A stretch of 64,000 nucleotides of DNA from Phoronis australis (GCA_002633005.1 NMRA01000041.1:1059294-1123293), one strand, 5' to 3'. Shown: positions 1-11,306, numbered from the stretch's first letter. A program made the numbers and translations. The notes: generated by a model from the letters alone, not told the origin.

Positions 1-165
1 GTACACCATCTAGTTTCTGGTTACGAAACCAGTATATTAGGTCAGCCATATTGCTTTTGATGACTTGACTCAGTGTGTCAAGGCAACTTACTTACAAGTT
101 TCTACTCAAAATTAGTGGCTTCTACAAAGATATGAGCCAAGAGTTACTGACTCAAGATAACTCAC

Positions 166-318
166 ATTCTGATACTCCACCGAAGCCTGAGTTTCGTCCA
201 TAATTCTTTCTACGTCTTCGATGGACATTATCTCATGCATCTTCTTCAGTGAAGCGTTACCGGTCTTCAACCCCTCCAGTACCTGAGACTCTACCTGAGC
301 AAACTCTATGTCATGTAC
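166..318 (-). CDS. CHMP6: CHMP6 coding exon 4 (gene continues beyond the window start)
   Basis: TTTTCTTCAG acceptor. Translates VHDIEFAQVESQVLEGLKTGNASLKKMHEIMSIEDVERIMDETQASVEYQN (Snf7-family helices). GTGAGT donor, 153 nt. Confidence 0.96.
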
Positions 319-715
319 CTGAAGAAAATGATAATTAGGAGAATAAATTTAATATGTTGTACACAGACATGAGACATTTTTCAGCCTTGAGAAGCAAACC
401 AAGAATCGCAAAAAAATCTAAGAGCCAACTTTGGAAATCAATCCAGGAAGCAAAGATCCTAAAGCTGATACCCTGCCTTATTTGTAGTTAGCATAAATAA
501 CAGAAATTCGTAGTTTGAAAACTGGCGAAAAACACAAAGAGCACGACTGACATTTTGCAGGAATATGGTTCCGCGTACTCTGCGCTCCTGTGACCATTTT
601 AGCTGGGACTGTCGATCGGCCTTTGGTAAAACAGACCTCTTATATAATACTGGAAATCCAGTGTGTACAATCAGGGTTATTAGAAACTTCACGTTATACA
701 AATAGAAATCCCCAC

Positions 716-803
716 CAGTTGTTCAATATTGTCCAGCTGGCCATCTGTCTTCGTCAGTAAACCTTCCTGGAACTTCTTTTTCCTTAACAGAAGCTTAGCT
801 TTG
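716..803 (-). CDS. CHMP6: CHMP6 coding exon 3
   Basis: TTCTTTGCAG acceptor. Translates (D)KAKLLLRKKKFQEGLLTKTDGQLDNIEQL. GTGGGG donor, 88 nt, restores phase 0. Confidence 0.95.
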
Positions 804-909
804 CTGCAAAGAATGAATCCACACTGATTAATTGCATATACCTTGTCCACTATTTGTTTGCGAAAGCTTTTCACAAAATTCATTCAGTAAATGCAAATCG
901 CTGGTATTA

Positions 910-1610
910 CCGTAAAAATTCCCGAATTTCAGACAGTGAAAAAATAATTACTTTGAACCTGTCCAAAATGTCAAAATAAGACAATACTGGCTGTCCGAAA
1001 TTTGAGAAATATGAGAAAGATGGCAAAATCGACAGTGTCCGAAATCTTAGAATTTATACGATCGGCTACCGACAAAGTTTCAATTTGCGGTTTTAGTGGG
1101 ACGCAGGTTCTCAGAAAAAAATTGAGGCTGTGACTTGGTAACACGACAGTCTAATCCAAATACAAAGCTTGAGACTGTGGAGATTACGCGAAAGTCAGAG
1201 AACATAAGTTTTATTTGCAAAGTGCAATTGCGATCAAGCATAGCAAATATTTTGAGTCCATGATTACTTCCAAGAGAACGTGCGAGATATACACCAAACA
1301 ACCATCCATGTCAATAACTATAGACAGTGACATCAGCCAACACATTACACTGGCTGTAGTTTTAAACGATTTTAAAATAATCACCGTTATTTGATGAACT
1401 TCCAGATTAACATTCAGCCCCGATCATGCAAAAAGCGAACTGTCTGAAATGTGAGAATAACGCTAAAATCGATGTGTCCGAAATTTGAGAAACATGGTGA
1501 ATGCCAAATTCCACCGTGTCCTAAATTTCAGAATCCAAAAAATTCAGTTTGCGGTTGGATTTACGTGTCTGAAAATCTGGAGACTGTCTGAAATTCGGGA
1601 ATTTTTATCG
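910..1610. mobile_element. Tc1/pogo-type MITE in CHMP6 intron 2
   Basis: TIRs CCGTAAAAATTCCCGAATTTCAGACAG / CTGTCTGAAATTCGGGAATTTTTATCG, flanked by TA on both sides. Internal repeats of a TGTCCGAAATTTGAGA-like motif. Confidence 0.85.
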
Positions 1611-1779
1611 TACTTCCCAAAATTATTTACCCTTACTGTAGGTGGCGCATGGATACATCACCTGGGGTATATAAACTAGTTAAACAGTAAAAAAAAACAA
1701 ATAGCAATGTAACAGTCATCTCTTTCAAATCAAGTCACAATGAAATACACTTACAACTGAAATGCTTTTTAAACTATCT

Positions 1780-2230
1780 GAAGGCGATACAAAAAGCAGC
1801 TTACAGGAAGGTGTTAGACAGTTACTTAAAAATTAATGCAAAGAGATGAATGATTTTCAAGCAAAATTCCCACTATTCGAAGTGGTGCTTCAAAAGATGA
1901 CAACTGATAAGAAGGGAACTTTTTAAATGACTTTTTTTGGAAAATTTATATAAAAGCCCATAATTTTTTTCAAAATGGGAAGCTGATTTTGTAATGGAAG
2001 AGTCCCAATCTAAGTGGCAAGATGTTTTACATAACGCTTTTTACTTTAGCCCAGTCAATGAAATATGTTTAAAATGGCTACAGATGAGAATGGTCCATAG
2101 AATAATAGGAACAAACAAACTATTGTTACAAATAGGAGCTAGTGATTCCGATCTATGTAGCTTCTGTCATGCGAGGTCAGAGGAAATTGTTCATTTTGTT
2201 CTCTGACTGTTCAAAAGTGATGGAGGATTT
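1780..2230 (+). mobile_element. Degraded L1/Tx1-clade non-LTR retrotransposon 3' fragment (zf-RVT)
   Basis: ORF 1994-2206 reads LKWLQMRMVHRIIGTNKLLLQIG..SDLCSFCHARSEEIVH, the same domain as the intact copy at 23578-24629. Left boundary approximate. Confidence 0.8.
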
Positions 2231-2666
2231 TATTAATCACCGCAGACAGAGTGCCACAGGCTCCCAGAGTTCTTGCTCAGATTCACTTGTTCTTGTGACA
2301 TCATGGAGTCCAAGGTGTTGCGCCTCCGATGCTTAAGGCATGAATTAACAAGGCCACAAGTACACAAACCAGTGAATGAGCAATACCAGTCTCAAGTTGA
2401 ATGCAAGCAAAATTGGGTCACTGCAAGATGTCATAAAACAACGGTCGGTAAATTTGCCAGTATTTGTGAATAATGGAAAATGACAATTTTGACAAAATTT
2501 TATTTTTGTATGAAATAAAGGAAGAATATCGTATTATTATTTATACAAGTTTGAACATTTGTGGACATCCGCAACAATGAACTGCAGTACAAGTAATGTA
2601 AAATGGCTAATTTTGAAAATATTCTTATCCAAATGGGTGAGCTTTTGAAGTTATCACGGAACTTAC

Positions 2667-2776
2667 TCTTTTTTGCCATCTGCCAATAATTGCCTTGCAA
2701 TATTCCTCTCCTTTTCTAGCTGTACCTGTATTTTCTTCTGATACTGTTTCAATTTGTCTCTCTGTTGTTTCAGTTG
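2667..2776 (-). CDS. CHMP6: CHMP6 coding exon 2
   Basis: TTTTAG acceptor. Translates QLKQQRDKLKQYQKKIQVQLEKERNIARQLLADGKK plus 2 nt. GTAAGT donor, 110 nt, in frame with exons 1 and 3. Confidence 0.96.
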
Positions 2777-2947
2777 CTAAAAAGACACCCAAAAATATGA
2801 ATAGCCAGGCACATCATTTTACGTTTTTAGGAATCTACATTAATTTATGCACAAGGGCAGTTGCAGAAGAAGCTAAAGATTAGGTTTACACAGCTGCATG
2901 TGACCCTGTGGTGAAAGAAAAGAACTCATTTGAGCCATAGCTCAGTA

Positions 2948-4330
2948 TAGGAGATTATGACGTCATACTACCTGGTGCGAGCAGTGTTAAAATGGCCACT
3001 TGCCAATTTGGGTAACTGAACGAAGGACTGCTCGAAGAAAAAGTTTGATTACAGGAGCATTTGTTTGAGTTGGAAGGAATTAAAGACATCGACAGCCTCC
3101 TTGGCTAGGGTGTCCCTCCATGGACAAAAGGTACTTATAACAAAGTGACTTTGATGTTCAAATCAGTGTGAAGCATAATTCGCCGAAAAGCTTCTGGCGT
3201 ATCGAGCTTCACTGTCTCTCGTGTCAAGTCCAGCTAACAGGCATCCTCAGCTTCTGATCGTCCCCAATAAACTATATTACTATACATATACATATAGTGT
3301 ATTGGGGATGATCAGAAGCTGAGGATGCCTCTGGTCCAACTAGAAACGGTTGTCACTGCCTAGGACCCACATGTCTGACTATTACCCTCAAATCAGTTTT
3401 TACCGACATTTGCTGATGTCATACGAACTTTTCACTTCAAGAGGGTATCTCGTTTACTTCATGTTTGGATCTTGCCAATCTTCTCCCGTCAGTTCTCAAC
3501 AAATGATCGAAATACCGGTCCTTATTGTTGACGCATGTTAATGATAAACTGACCAGTGCATAACTGTGAAAGTAACAACAAAACAAAGTGCGGGTTAGGT
3601 CAAATAGGTTTGACGACCTCAGTTCCCATCTGTTGACCTGGAGGCTTTGCCAGGACACTGCACTGTACACCAGATACATCAGAAGGGCTACCTGTCTGAT
3701 AGACAATGACCACCATCTCTAGCTGGCTCAGTAGAGACGATGAAGCTCCTATAGGCACTTCATACGCCAGAAGCTTTTCGGTGAATTGTGTCTTACACCA
3801 ACTAAAACATCAAAGTCACGTTGTTATAAAAACCTTTTGCATATAGAGGGACAAACGCTTAGGAGGCTGTTGATATCTTCGATTCCATCCAACTGGAACA
3901 AATACTCCCGTTATCAATTTTTTTTATTCGAGCAGTCCTTCCCTCAGTTCCGAAAATAGGTAACTGGCCATTTTTACACTGTGAACACTATGGGATATGA
4001 CCTCATGCCACCTGCCGCGCGCAGTGTTAAAATGGCCAGTTTCCGACTTTGGGAACTGAACGAAACACTGGCCGAATAAAAAGTTTGACATTGGGAGTAT
4101 TTGTTTGATTTGGAAGGAATTAAAGATACCGAATGCTTCCTAAGTTGTCCCTCTAATTACGCAATTAAGGTATTTATAACAACGTGAATTTGATGTTTTA
4201 GTCGGTGTGATGCATAATTCGCCGAAAAGCTTCCGGCGTATGAAGCGCCTTTGAAGCTTCATCGTCTCTGCTGTCAGAGCCAATTGAGCTAGAGACGGTG
4301 CCGACATAGTCAGATGTCTGAGGAATGCAA
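2948..4330. repeat. Three copies (forward-reverse-forward) of a ~280-bp foldback arm in CHMP6 intron 1
   Basis: CAGTGTTAAAATGGCCA...GGAAGGAATTAAAGA...GCCGAAAAGCTT starts at ~2982 and ~4022. The reverse complement lies at ~3720-3981 and ends TGGCCATTTTTACACTG. Confidence 0.85.
3239..3330. repeat. Near-perfect ~39-bp-stem hairpin
   Basis: AGGCATCCTCAGCTTCTGATCGTCCCCAATAAACTATAT ... ATATAGTGTATTGGGGATGATCAGAAGCTGAGGATGCCT, with two non-Watson-Crick positions. Confidence 0.9.
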
Positions 4331-4511
4331 CGATACCAAAATCATTCATTTAGACCTACATTTAGTGGATTTATTTGGAATAAGTTAATATCCGACTAGT
4401 GCGCCGATGTCTACCTGTCCTAGTCTACTTATAAGTGTCTTGATGACAGCTTGATTCAAAATTATACCGCGCCACGCTCATTCTAAGATAAACTAAAATG
4501 TATGAACTTAC

Positions 4512-4580
4512 CAATACAGCTTTGTCTTGTTCTGTTACACGTGATTTTTCTTTCTTTTTTGACGAAAACAACCCACCCAT
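4512..4580 (-). CDS. CHMP6: CHMP6/VPS20 (ESCRT-III subunit), coding exon 1
   Basis: Translates MGGLFSSKKKEKSRVTEQDKAVL, matching the conserved CHMP6 N-terminus (MGxLF...SRVTEQDKA[IV]L) with a Gly2/Ser6 myristoylation motif. 69 nt, ends at a GTAAGT donor (phase 0). Confidence 0.96.
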
Positions 4581-4700
4581 GGCCTTCTCTTGCACAATCG
4601 CACCAAATGACAACAGTGAATAGCGCCCTCTACTAGAATTGTTCGAACTTCCGCAATCTCTGTGCGCAAGGTGACGTTGCTATACGTGACTTATAAGCCT
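4581..4700 (-). promoter_or_regulatory. CHMP6 5'UTR/proximal promoter with housekeeping-type motifs
   Basis: Directly upstream of the ATG: CTCF-like TAGCGCCCTCTACTAG (4621-4636), ETS core ACTTCCG (4647-4653) and CRE half-site TGACGT (4672-4677). No TATA box seen. Function is inferred. Confidence 0.5.
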
Positions 4701-4756
4701 CGTCCCCAGGCTCCAATGACGATCATAAGCCGGCTTGGGCGCTCCGGCCGTAGGTC

Positions 4757-5520
4757 GTAAACCAATTGTCCATCATTACAGTAAACAAGCTTCCCTTGAT
4801 AAGCACAACACAAACAATGTTATCGTATTTCTTCGGGGAAAAACGAACACAAGAATTTTTTCATGGAAAATTCAACTTTTCGGCGGCCAGCCAATCTTTG
4901 ATCAGATGAGAAAACATCACCCTCTTTAGACCGTGACTATAGTTGGATTTATTCCGTCCAGTGTTTTATTGTCTTGAAGTCATTGCTAATGCGAGATCAA
5001 AGTTTCTGATACCTGACTGATTCCGGCTCATCCAGATATTCGTACTGAAAACTGAAATCTGTTGGCGAAGTAGGCCGGCCTACTAATCTCACTGCTGCAG
5101 TGAACTGCATGGCCGGCAGTTATGTTTCTTATCAAGCACATTACTTCGCGCGCACAAACACATATGGGGAACCAGCAAACTACACCAGAGAACTAAATAT
5201 GCCATAGGGGTCCATCTGCTCAAGAATTTCTTGTGATTCATTTCCCTACACATGATAGGCTAATCCATGATTTCCGTTTTGGCACTGAACTTCTCAATTT
5301 GGTTGATTAGTTTCGTAAGATGAAGTAATAAATTACAAAGTATTTCAGATTGCTCAAAAATATATCTTTGGGTATGACCTCTAATGACTGATCTGTTTTT
5401 GGCAAATTCATTCGCTAAATGTCATCCAATTAAAAGACTACACAACATTGCAAAACCAGTACAGATGAAAAGACTCATTATCACAGAAAAGCTGTCATCA
5501 TTTGGTAATATTACAATCTT
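4757..5520 (-). repeat. Interspersed repeat module, reverse copy of 13930-14700 and 33940-34230
   Basis: For example CCAGTGTTTTATTGTCTTGAAGTCATTGC here versus GCGATGACTTCAAGGCAATAAAACACTGG (~14462) and GCGATGACTCCAAGCCAATAAAACACTGG (~33995). Also AATGTCATCCAATTAAAAGACT versus AGTCTTTTAATTGGATGACATT (~13997). Confidence 0.85.
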
Positions 5521-6319
5521 GTGAAGATAAGTATTTGTAGGGCCTATTGATAATTCTGTGGAACCACATTAATTTGATGAAATAAAATTGTTGGGTAATT
5601 AGGTAGATTTTAGATTTTAAAAATATGTTTTTATGTTTAGAACTTACATCCGAGTACACAGAAGTTCCGGCAATTTACCAACACTTCTGCTGTCACGTCG
5701 TGAAAACTTGACGTCTCAAATCCAAGGTTCACTTTGAAGTCACTATAGTGTTCAAGTTAGAACGGATTTGCGTATCACAGACAACGCAAAAATATTTCTT
5801 GTTGTGTGACCCAAATGATCTTGTGATGCGGCACCCTAGCTCATGAAACTAGTCTTCTGAAAAACTGATAGCGAAATTATTAAGCATCTAATCTAGTTAC
5901 AAAATCCATTGCTTTGGATGATCCCTTGAATAAAATTTAGGAACCGGGCGTCTTTCACTTTTCAGTAATGTGTTACCCATGGTTCACGATTCAGAACACG
6001 AACAGCAGTTCAAACATCTTGCAGTTAGGTTGGTTCAGCTCACAAAATTAAAAAATATCGCAACTGAGTACATGTAATGCAGATGCGTACGAGGCTGATG
6101 ATAAAGGAATTCTCAATGCTTGTTAGTGGATGATGGCTCATTCCTTTTGAAGGCACCAGTTTCGAGGTGACCTGCTACATTCAGGGTCGGTTTTATTTAA
6201 ATTTCAGTGTCGGACCGCAATGTTCGAACTTGTGTAAGTTGATCTACTGGCTCGATATTTTTCTTTTCGCATTGAAACTAATCTGCATATTCTGACATTT
6301 TTACGCTTTTTGGGGATTC

Positions 6320-6740
6320 AAGTAGTTGGGTGGAAGAACCTAATGTGTGCCTGTAATGGGATGAAGAAAACCAGGAAGATGTCAGGGACCCGACTACGGG
6401 TATGGTTAGGAAGAAATGGCAAGGAGTATGTGTCTGCCCTTAAACTGTGTACTCTGTAACAACCCACAACGGAGGCATTCACAGAGAATATGTAAACAGA
6501 GCCCATCACCAAGCAACCATGTCGCGAAATGTGAAAACAAATCCACAACCATATATCCAGAGATCTATTGACGGAAGAAAGATCTCATCAAAATCGCTCT
6601 CACCAACTGTTGTTCCAGGTGGTGTCCAACACGCCCCCGATTGCATAATGGAGATGATTAGGTGTGGTTGCAAAGGACAGATTCCATGTCAAGTACATGA
6701 TATTGCACAGTCAATTGCAGCGTTCTTCACAATACTATAA
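6320..6740 (+). mobile_element. Degenerate C-terminus of an Academ(X)-like transposon protein (Cys-rich tail)
   Basis: Frameshifted PTTEAFTEN/VNRAHHQA...SLSPTVVPGGVQHAPDCIMEMIRCGCKGQIPC resembles the 'LPPT..A..NVKRAH.Q...AP..I..LIRCGC....C' tail of XPG-nuclease-encoding Academ elements. Confidence 0.6.
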
Positions 6741-7996
6741 ACTCGAAGCAAATTTGAGTTCAAAATCATGTATTCGCCCAATTAAGCGCAATTAGTGTCT
6801 GTACTAAAGGGGTACTTACCGTTGCACGAGAAGCAGGAATGGATATAGGGCTATTGGAATGTAAGTTTGGGGCAGGAGTGGGAGTTGTGCAACCAGCAGT
6901 AGTCACCAGCTCGACGGATGAACTGGGCGTGGTTGTTGAGGGATTGTTGGGACCTGAATAAAGTTTAAACCCACAACTTGCCCCTTGGTATGTCAAGAGG
7001 CAAGGGTTGTGACCGGGAGTCGATGGAGCTGCTGGTCGTAGAATATTGAGTTGTCAAAAGTGGAGATGAAGTGAAATATGGTTTGGGCATATTTACAACA
7101 ATAAAGAGTGAAATTGATGAATGGTACAGTATGAAACAGACACGTAAATCGGAGAAAAGTCGTGAACCAGTTATGACAGTTTTGGTGTGATTTAGTTTTA
7201 GGAACGGGGTTGGTGACTTATCGGTGACCTTTTAGAGAAATGGAGAGAAAGGATGAGAGTGAGTGGTTGAGTGGAGGTCGTTGTAAAAGTCATCATATTG
7301 ATCGGAGACAATGGGGTTACGAACATTTCCACCGAGGTTGTAACCTCAAGGTAAGTCATCCATACACGAAATAGGTGATAGGCTGGTCGTATGAAGTCCG
7401 GCATCGACTGATGTGGATAGACGGTGACGCTTGAGGCGGCGAGTGAGCTGCTGTTTCAGCGACAGCGGATTGTGGTGTGGAGGGGGCCCGGATCAGCTGT
7501 GGTGAGCAGCGATTGGTCCTGAACAAGGTATTCGAGGACGGAGCCGAGATGTGACTGGCGCAGAGAAAGGGCGCGATGAAGTCGACCGAGGTGACAGCGA
7601 TGTTGGCGGACGAGAGTACGGCGGGGTACAGAAATGAAATAAGGGGAGAAAGACTGGAGAGCGTATTGGTCACACGTTGCCAACAAGTTGTAGCGTTGAA
7701 CTGGGAAATACGGTGCTCTAGAATGGCACACGGTGCCATAGATTAAATACTCGAGATGCGTCACGTCATGGCTAAAACGTCTCACATGGGGCAGAAAGCG
7801 CCACCTGATTTCTATCGCGGTCAATAGGTGATGACGGCCAACCTCCGCGCCCACCGCCTGGGCATGTAGTTGTTTTGTTTCCGTCAAAAAGACGACAAAG
7901 AGGGACATCGAAGCAGTCTGCTGTATTTCATGCATGTTTATTAACTTTTTGGAAATCTTCCAGGTTAAAACTTTTGTCAAACATTTTATCAATATA

Positions 7997-8540
7997 TCAG
8001 GTGTCTCAAAAAGTCACCCACTTTTTGAAAAGTAGTTTCTCACCAACGGATAAATCGACCACCATCAACAAATATACAAAATATCTAAGAGACCTGTGTC
8101 CAATTGTCAAATTGAAAACACTAGAACAAAAAATAAAACATTAAACAGAAGCTCGCTTATTCCAGTCTGTGCTGAATGTGGCATTCATCTTCCTCCACTA
8201 CTAAACCGAGCTATTTCTTCCATTCAGAAATGTTTTCCCGTATTCTTCCATCGAGATTTCCTCCCGTGATAATAATATCATCCTGTACTCTAACTCCTGC
8301 TGAGTCAATTTTCCTCTCATCCCCGGTAAACTTTCTCCTTCAGAGAGTCCCATACATAGTCTATTGGATTGCAGTCAGGACTGAACTGAGGCCTCTCATC
8401 CTTTTTCGGGAGTTTTGGTGTGGCTTTCTCGGAGATGTGTCCGGGTTATCTTGCTCGTGTGTGAAGGAGCCCCATCTTGCTGAAACACATAATTGTTTCC
8501 AAGATAAATTCGCCTGCAATCCGGGTTAGTTAGGAACAAT
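7997..8540 (-). mobile_element. Tc1/mariner DD37D (maT-like) transposase 3' relic with one TIR
   Basis: Minus strand reads YVFQQDGAPSHTSK...QFSPDCNPIDYVWDSLKEKVY. There are 37 codons plus a 1-nt insertion between the 2nd and 3rd Asp. TIR-like TA-TCAGGTGTCTCAAAAAG at ~7995. Confidence 0.85.
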
Positions 8541-9876
8541 GGTTATCTAAAACTATGAGACTGACCGACAACACAGAAGTATTTGTACTTAGCTGATAAC
8601 AGAAACTTATACTTCAGACTTTCCGCGTGTGTCAAAGTTCAATGTCCGATTGGTTACTATAACAGGCCGCGATAACGAAAAAGGAAGTAAAACCAGGCTA
8701 GAAGAAAATTCGTTCGTGTTCAATAAGACGACCATTCCAAGAGATTCTCTTAAAGAAAAACAGGTTAGTTTTTTTAATCTTCTCATCAGGGTATTGATAA
8801 CTTTTTTACGCCTTCTTTTCAAAAGCGTCCATGTGATTTAAAACTATTAGATTCTCTGCCCAACTTTCTGCGAGTTCGAACACGTCCTCAGTGAAACTAT
8901 GAAACTCCATGAAAGCAAATACTTAAATTATGATTGTGTTTTAAACGTAGCTCATGAACACACCCAAGGGTGCTGTGTGCCCCAAACCTCAGTATTGGAA
9001 AGAGGTATACTGACTCCTGTTCTTGCGACATCCCAGACCGGACAATGCCCACATATGAAGGGAAGGTGCGTCACAGAATATTGTTTTTTTTTTCAAGGCA
9101 AACCTCCTAAGAAATGGTTAACAATCAGGAGCAGATGCTCAACAAAAACCGTTTTGCAGAAAACAACACAGAAAGAATTTACACTCTACATCCCCGAATA
9201 AGTCGCAGTTTTGCCGATTGTCCACATATGCTGTCTACAGATTACTGCACCGTGATCTAGCCAGGTTGACATACCAATTTCTAAGTGACACCCACACCCG
9301 TCAAAACTTTGTTGTTGTTGTACTCTTTATAGCCGAGTAGCACGATTGAGTAGAAAGCTGCGTCACCAGCCAGTGTTCCTGAGTTATATGGCCTCAGAAG
9401 TATCTATATGAGACGCGGTTCAGGGCTTATGTCCATAAGGTAACAATAAGCGTACGTGGCGATCCTGGTGTTGGCTTACGTGGCAAATGGTTTGTGACAC
9501 TAATACAACGGGGAGGGGTGTCCATATTGCCGCTGTTACTAATTCCATCAGTTCTATAGTAGTGAGTTTTAGCGCACCTCAGAACACAAGAAGACAGCGT
9601 GTCACAGTTCTCATTTGCTGAATGAGATAGTTGTCTTGAAATTATTAACTTTGACCACAGCTATAGAACAACAAAATCCGTTGTGGTTTCGTGATATTAT
9701 CACGAGTCGTTCTTGTTTGCAAGACATTCAATGAAATCAGTCATGGCCGGTGATTTTCTCAGTTGAATACTCTTCCATTTAGCGAGTGGGAGTTAGCTGC
9801 ATTCGACTGCGACGGCCGGAAGTGAAGTGGGGCTTTTTTAAAAATACACGTGTCTTAAAAGGTTTAGAAGACAGTG

Positions 9877-10111
9877 CATGGCAGATCTACGTTTTCAATA
9901 ATGGGGGGGGGGGGGGNGTTCGAGCGAATCCGAGGCGCGTAGCGCCGAGCGGTAGGAAGGCCGGGAGGAGGTTTCCCCCCTCCCGTGTAAGATTTTTTGT
10001 TATTTTTAGAAGCTGATTTCGTTTTTTTGGCGATTTTTTTTCAATTTTTATTTTTGATCCTGTCCCGAGGGTGGGTTGAACCCCCTGAACCCCCCTGTAG
10101 ATCCGCCTCTG
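9877..10111. mobile_element. GC-rich hAT-type MITE
   Basis: Ends CATGGCAGATCTAC / GTAGATCCGCCTCTG with poly-G/poly-C subtermini. Same style as 16204-16532 and 19274-19588. No TSD identified. Confidence 0.6.
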
Positions 10112-11047
10112 GAAAAGCGGGAACGTCTTACAAAGGATACTGAATCGGCGAGCGTGGTTAATTCTTTGAGAGAATTAATCTACAACTCTACGGAAATACT
10201 TCAGAATATTTTATGTTTCGTAGCCGCAAGCATGTCTGCCGTTCTAGGGAGATACTGATTGTGTAATAGTAAATAACGCAGTCAATGTCAAAGGAGGGTT
10301 CTGGCGCATAATCGGAACAATCTGGAAAATCTCTTTTCAAACGTCTAGAAGCTTGCCATATTTTGTTTTTTTTTTACTTATAGTGTCAAATCGCAATGTT
10401 GGAATGTAAGAAGGAGAGAAGGTCTCCCATATGTCACCCCACGTACGTTTGTTGCCATGGAAAAAACATAGTCACTGGTGATCGCGCAGGGGGTGTGAAA
10501 ATGGCGACTGCTGGTGGCAAGCTAAAGTTATGGCGAGAGGGAGCCTATTAAAGTTGCGTGGGCCCAAAATAATTATCACGTGCCTTCGGGTGGGTCTGAG
10601 TAAAGAACAATGATCACTGCTGGTATCCATATACATCTTACGTGACCTCTGAAGGCCGAAGTTCAAAGATAAGACAATCACTCACGATACCATTTAGCGT
10701 TTGTCTAGGAAATATTCAGTCGAAAGCATAGACTGTTTATAAAGAAGGACCTGTTTCAAGATAAGTGACCCAAGATCTAAATGTGTCTCGTTCTGGCATC
10801 TAGCGTGTTGTCGGATGGATTCGTGAATGCCGATACACCAAAGTTACTCACTGTATTGACTTCCTTATTTGAATTGACTATTTTGTATTTAAAAAATCGT
10901 TAGAGAACAAGCTAAACTCCATTTGTCTGTATTCTGTACATAGTGAACTATTCTAAGTATCCTATAAGCAGTATAATACAAATATATGTATAGTCTGTAA
11001 GGTAAGGTCTGTATCAACGTTATACATTTAGTACGAACTAACACCAG

Positions 11048-11306
11048 GGGTCTGTTTCACTTAAGTTTTAAGTCAAATATTTGATCTTACGCCCCACACA
11101 AACATGATTGAAAAATAACAAATACCCACTTGAGTAAAGGCGTTAAGTCTCAGATATAACTGCTATAGTTACTGGGGAAATTCCTATAAGATATTCTTAG
11201 ACTATGATGTGGTCATAATTATTTGGTTAAAACTTTATTCACCAATTGTTACAGTAGGTGGAAGCATGAAACAATATATATTTCATACTTTTCATGAAAC
11301 AGACCC
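11048..11306. mobile_element. PIF/Harbinger-group MITE with CAG TSD
   Basis: Perfect 12-bp TIRs GGGTCTGTTTCA / TGAAACAGACCC, flanked by CAG at 11045-11047 and 11307-11309. Confidence 0.8.

Noticed and set aside
8618-8763. Exon-like segment (ACTTCAG...GTTAGT) with an open frame DFPRVSKFNVRLVTITGR...
   Set aside because: No recognisable homology and no partner exons found. It could be chance.
9903-9920. Poly-G run containing an N (G-quadruplex candidate)
   Set aside because: Typical MITE subterminal G-run with an ambiguous base call. No independent evidence of function.
10450-10600. RFX X-box-like GTTGCCATGGAAA plus AAAATGGCG, resembling a gene start
   Set aside because: The frame closes after 16 codons and no downstream exons were identified. 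A perfect X-box at ~36937 sits in repeat-like DNA, so the motif alone is not diagnostic.
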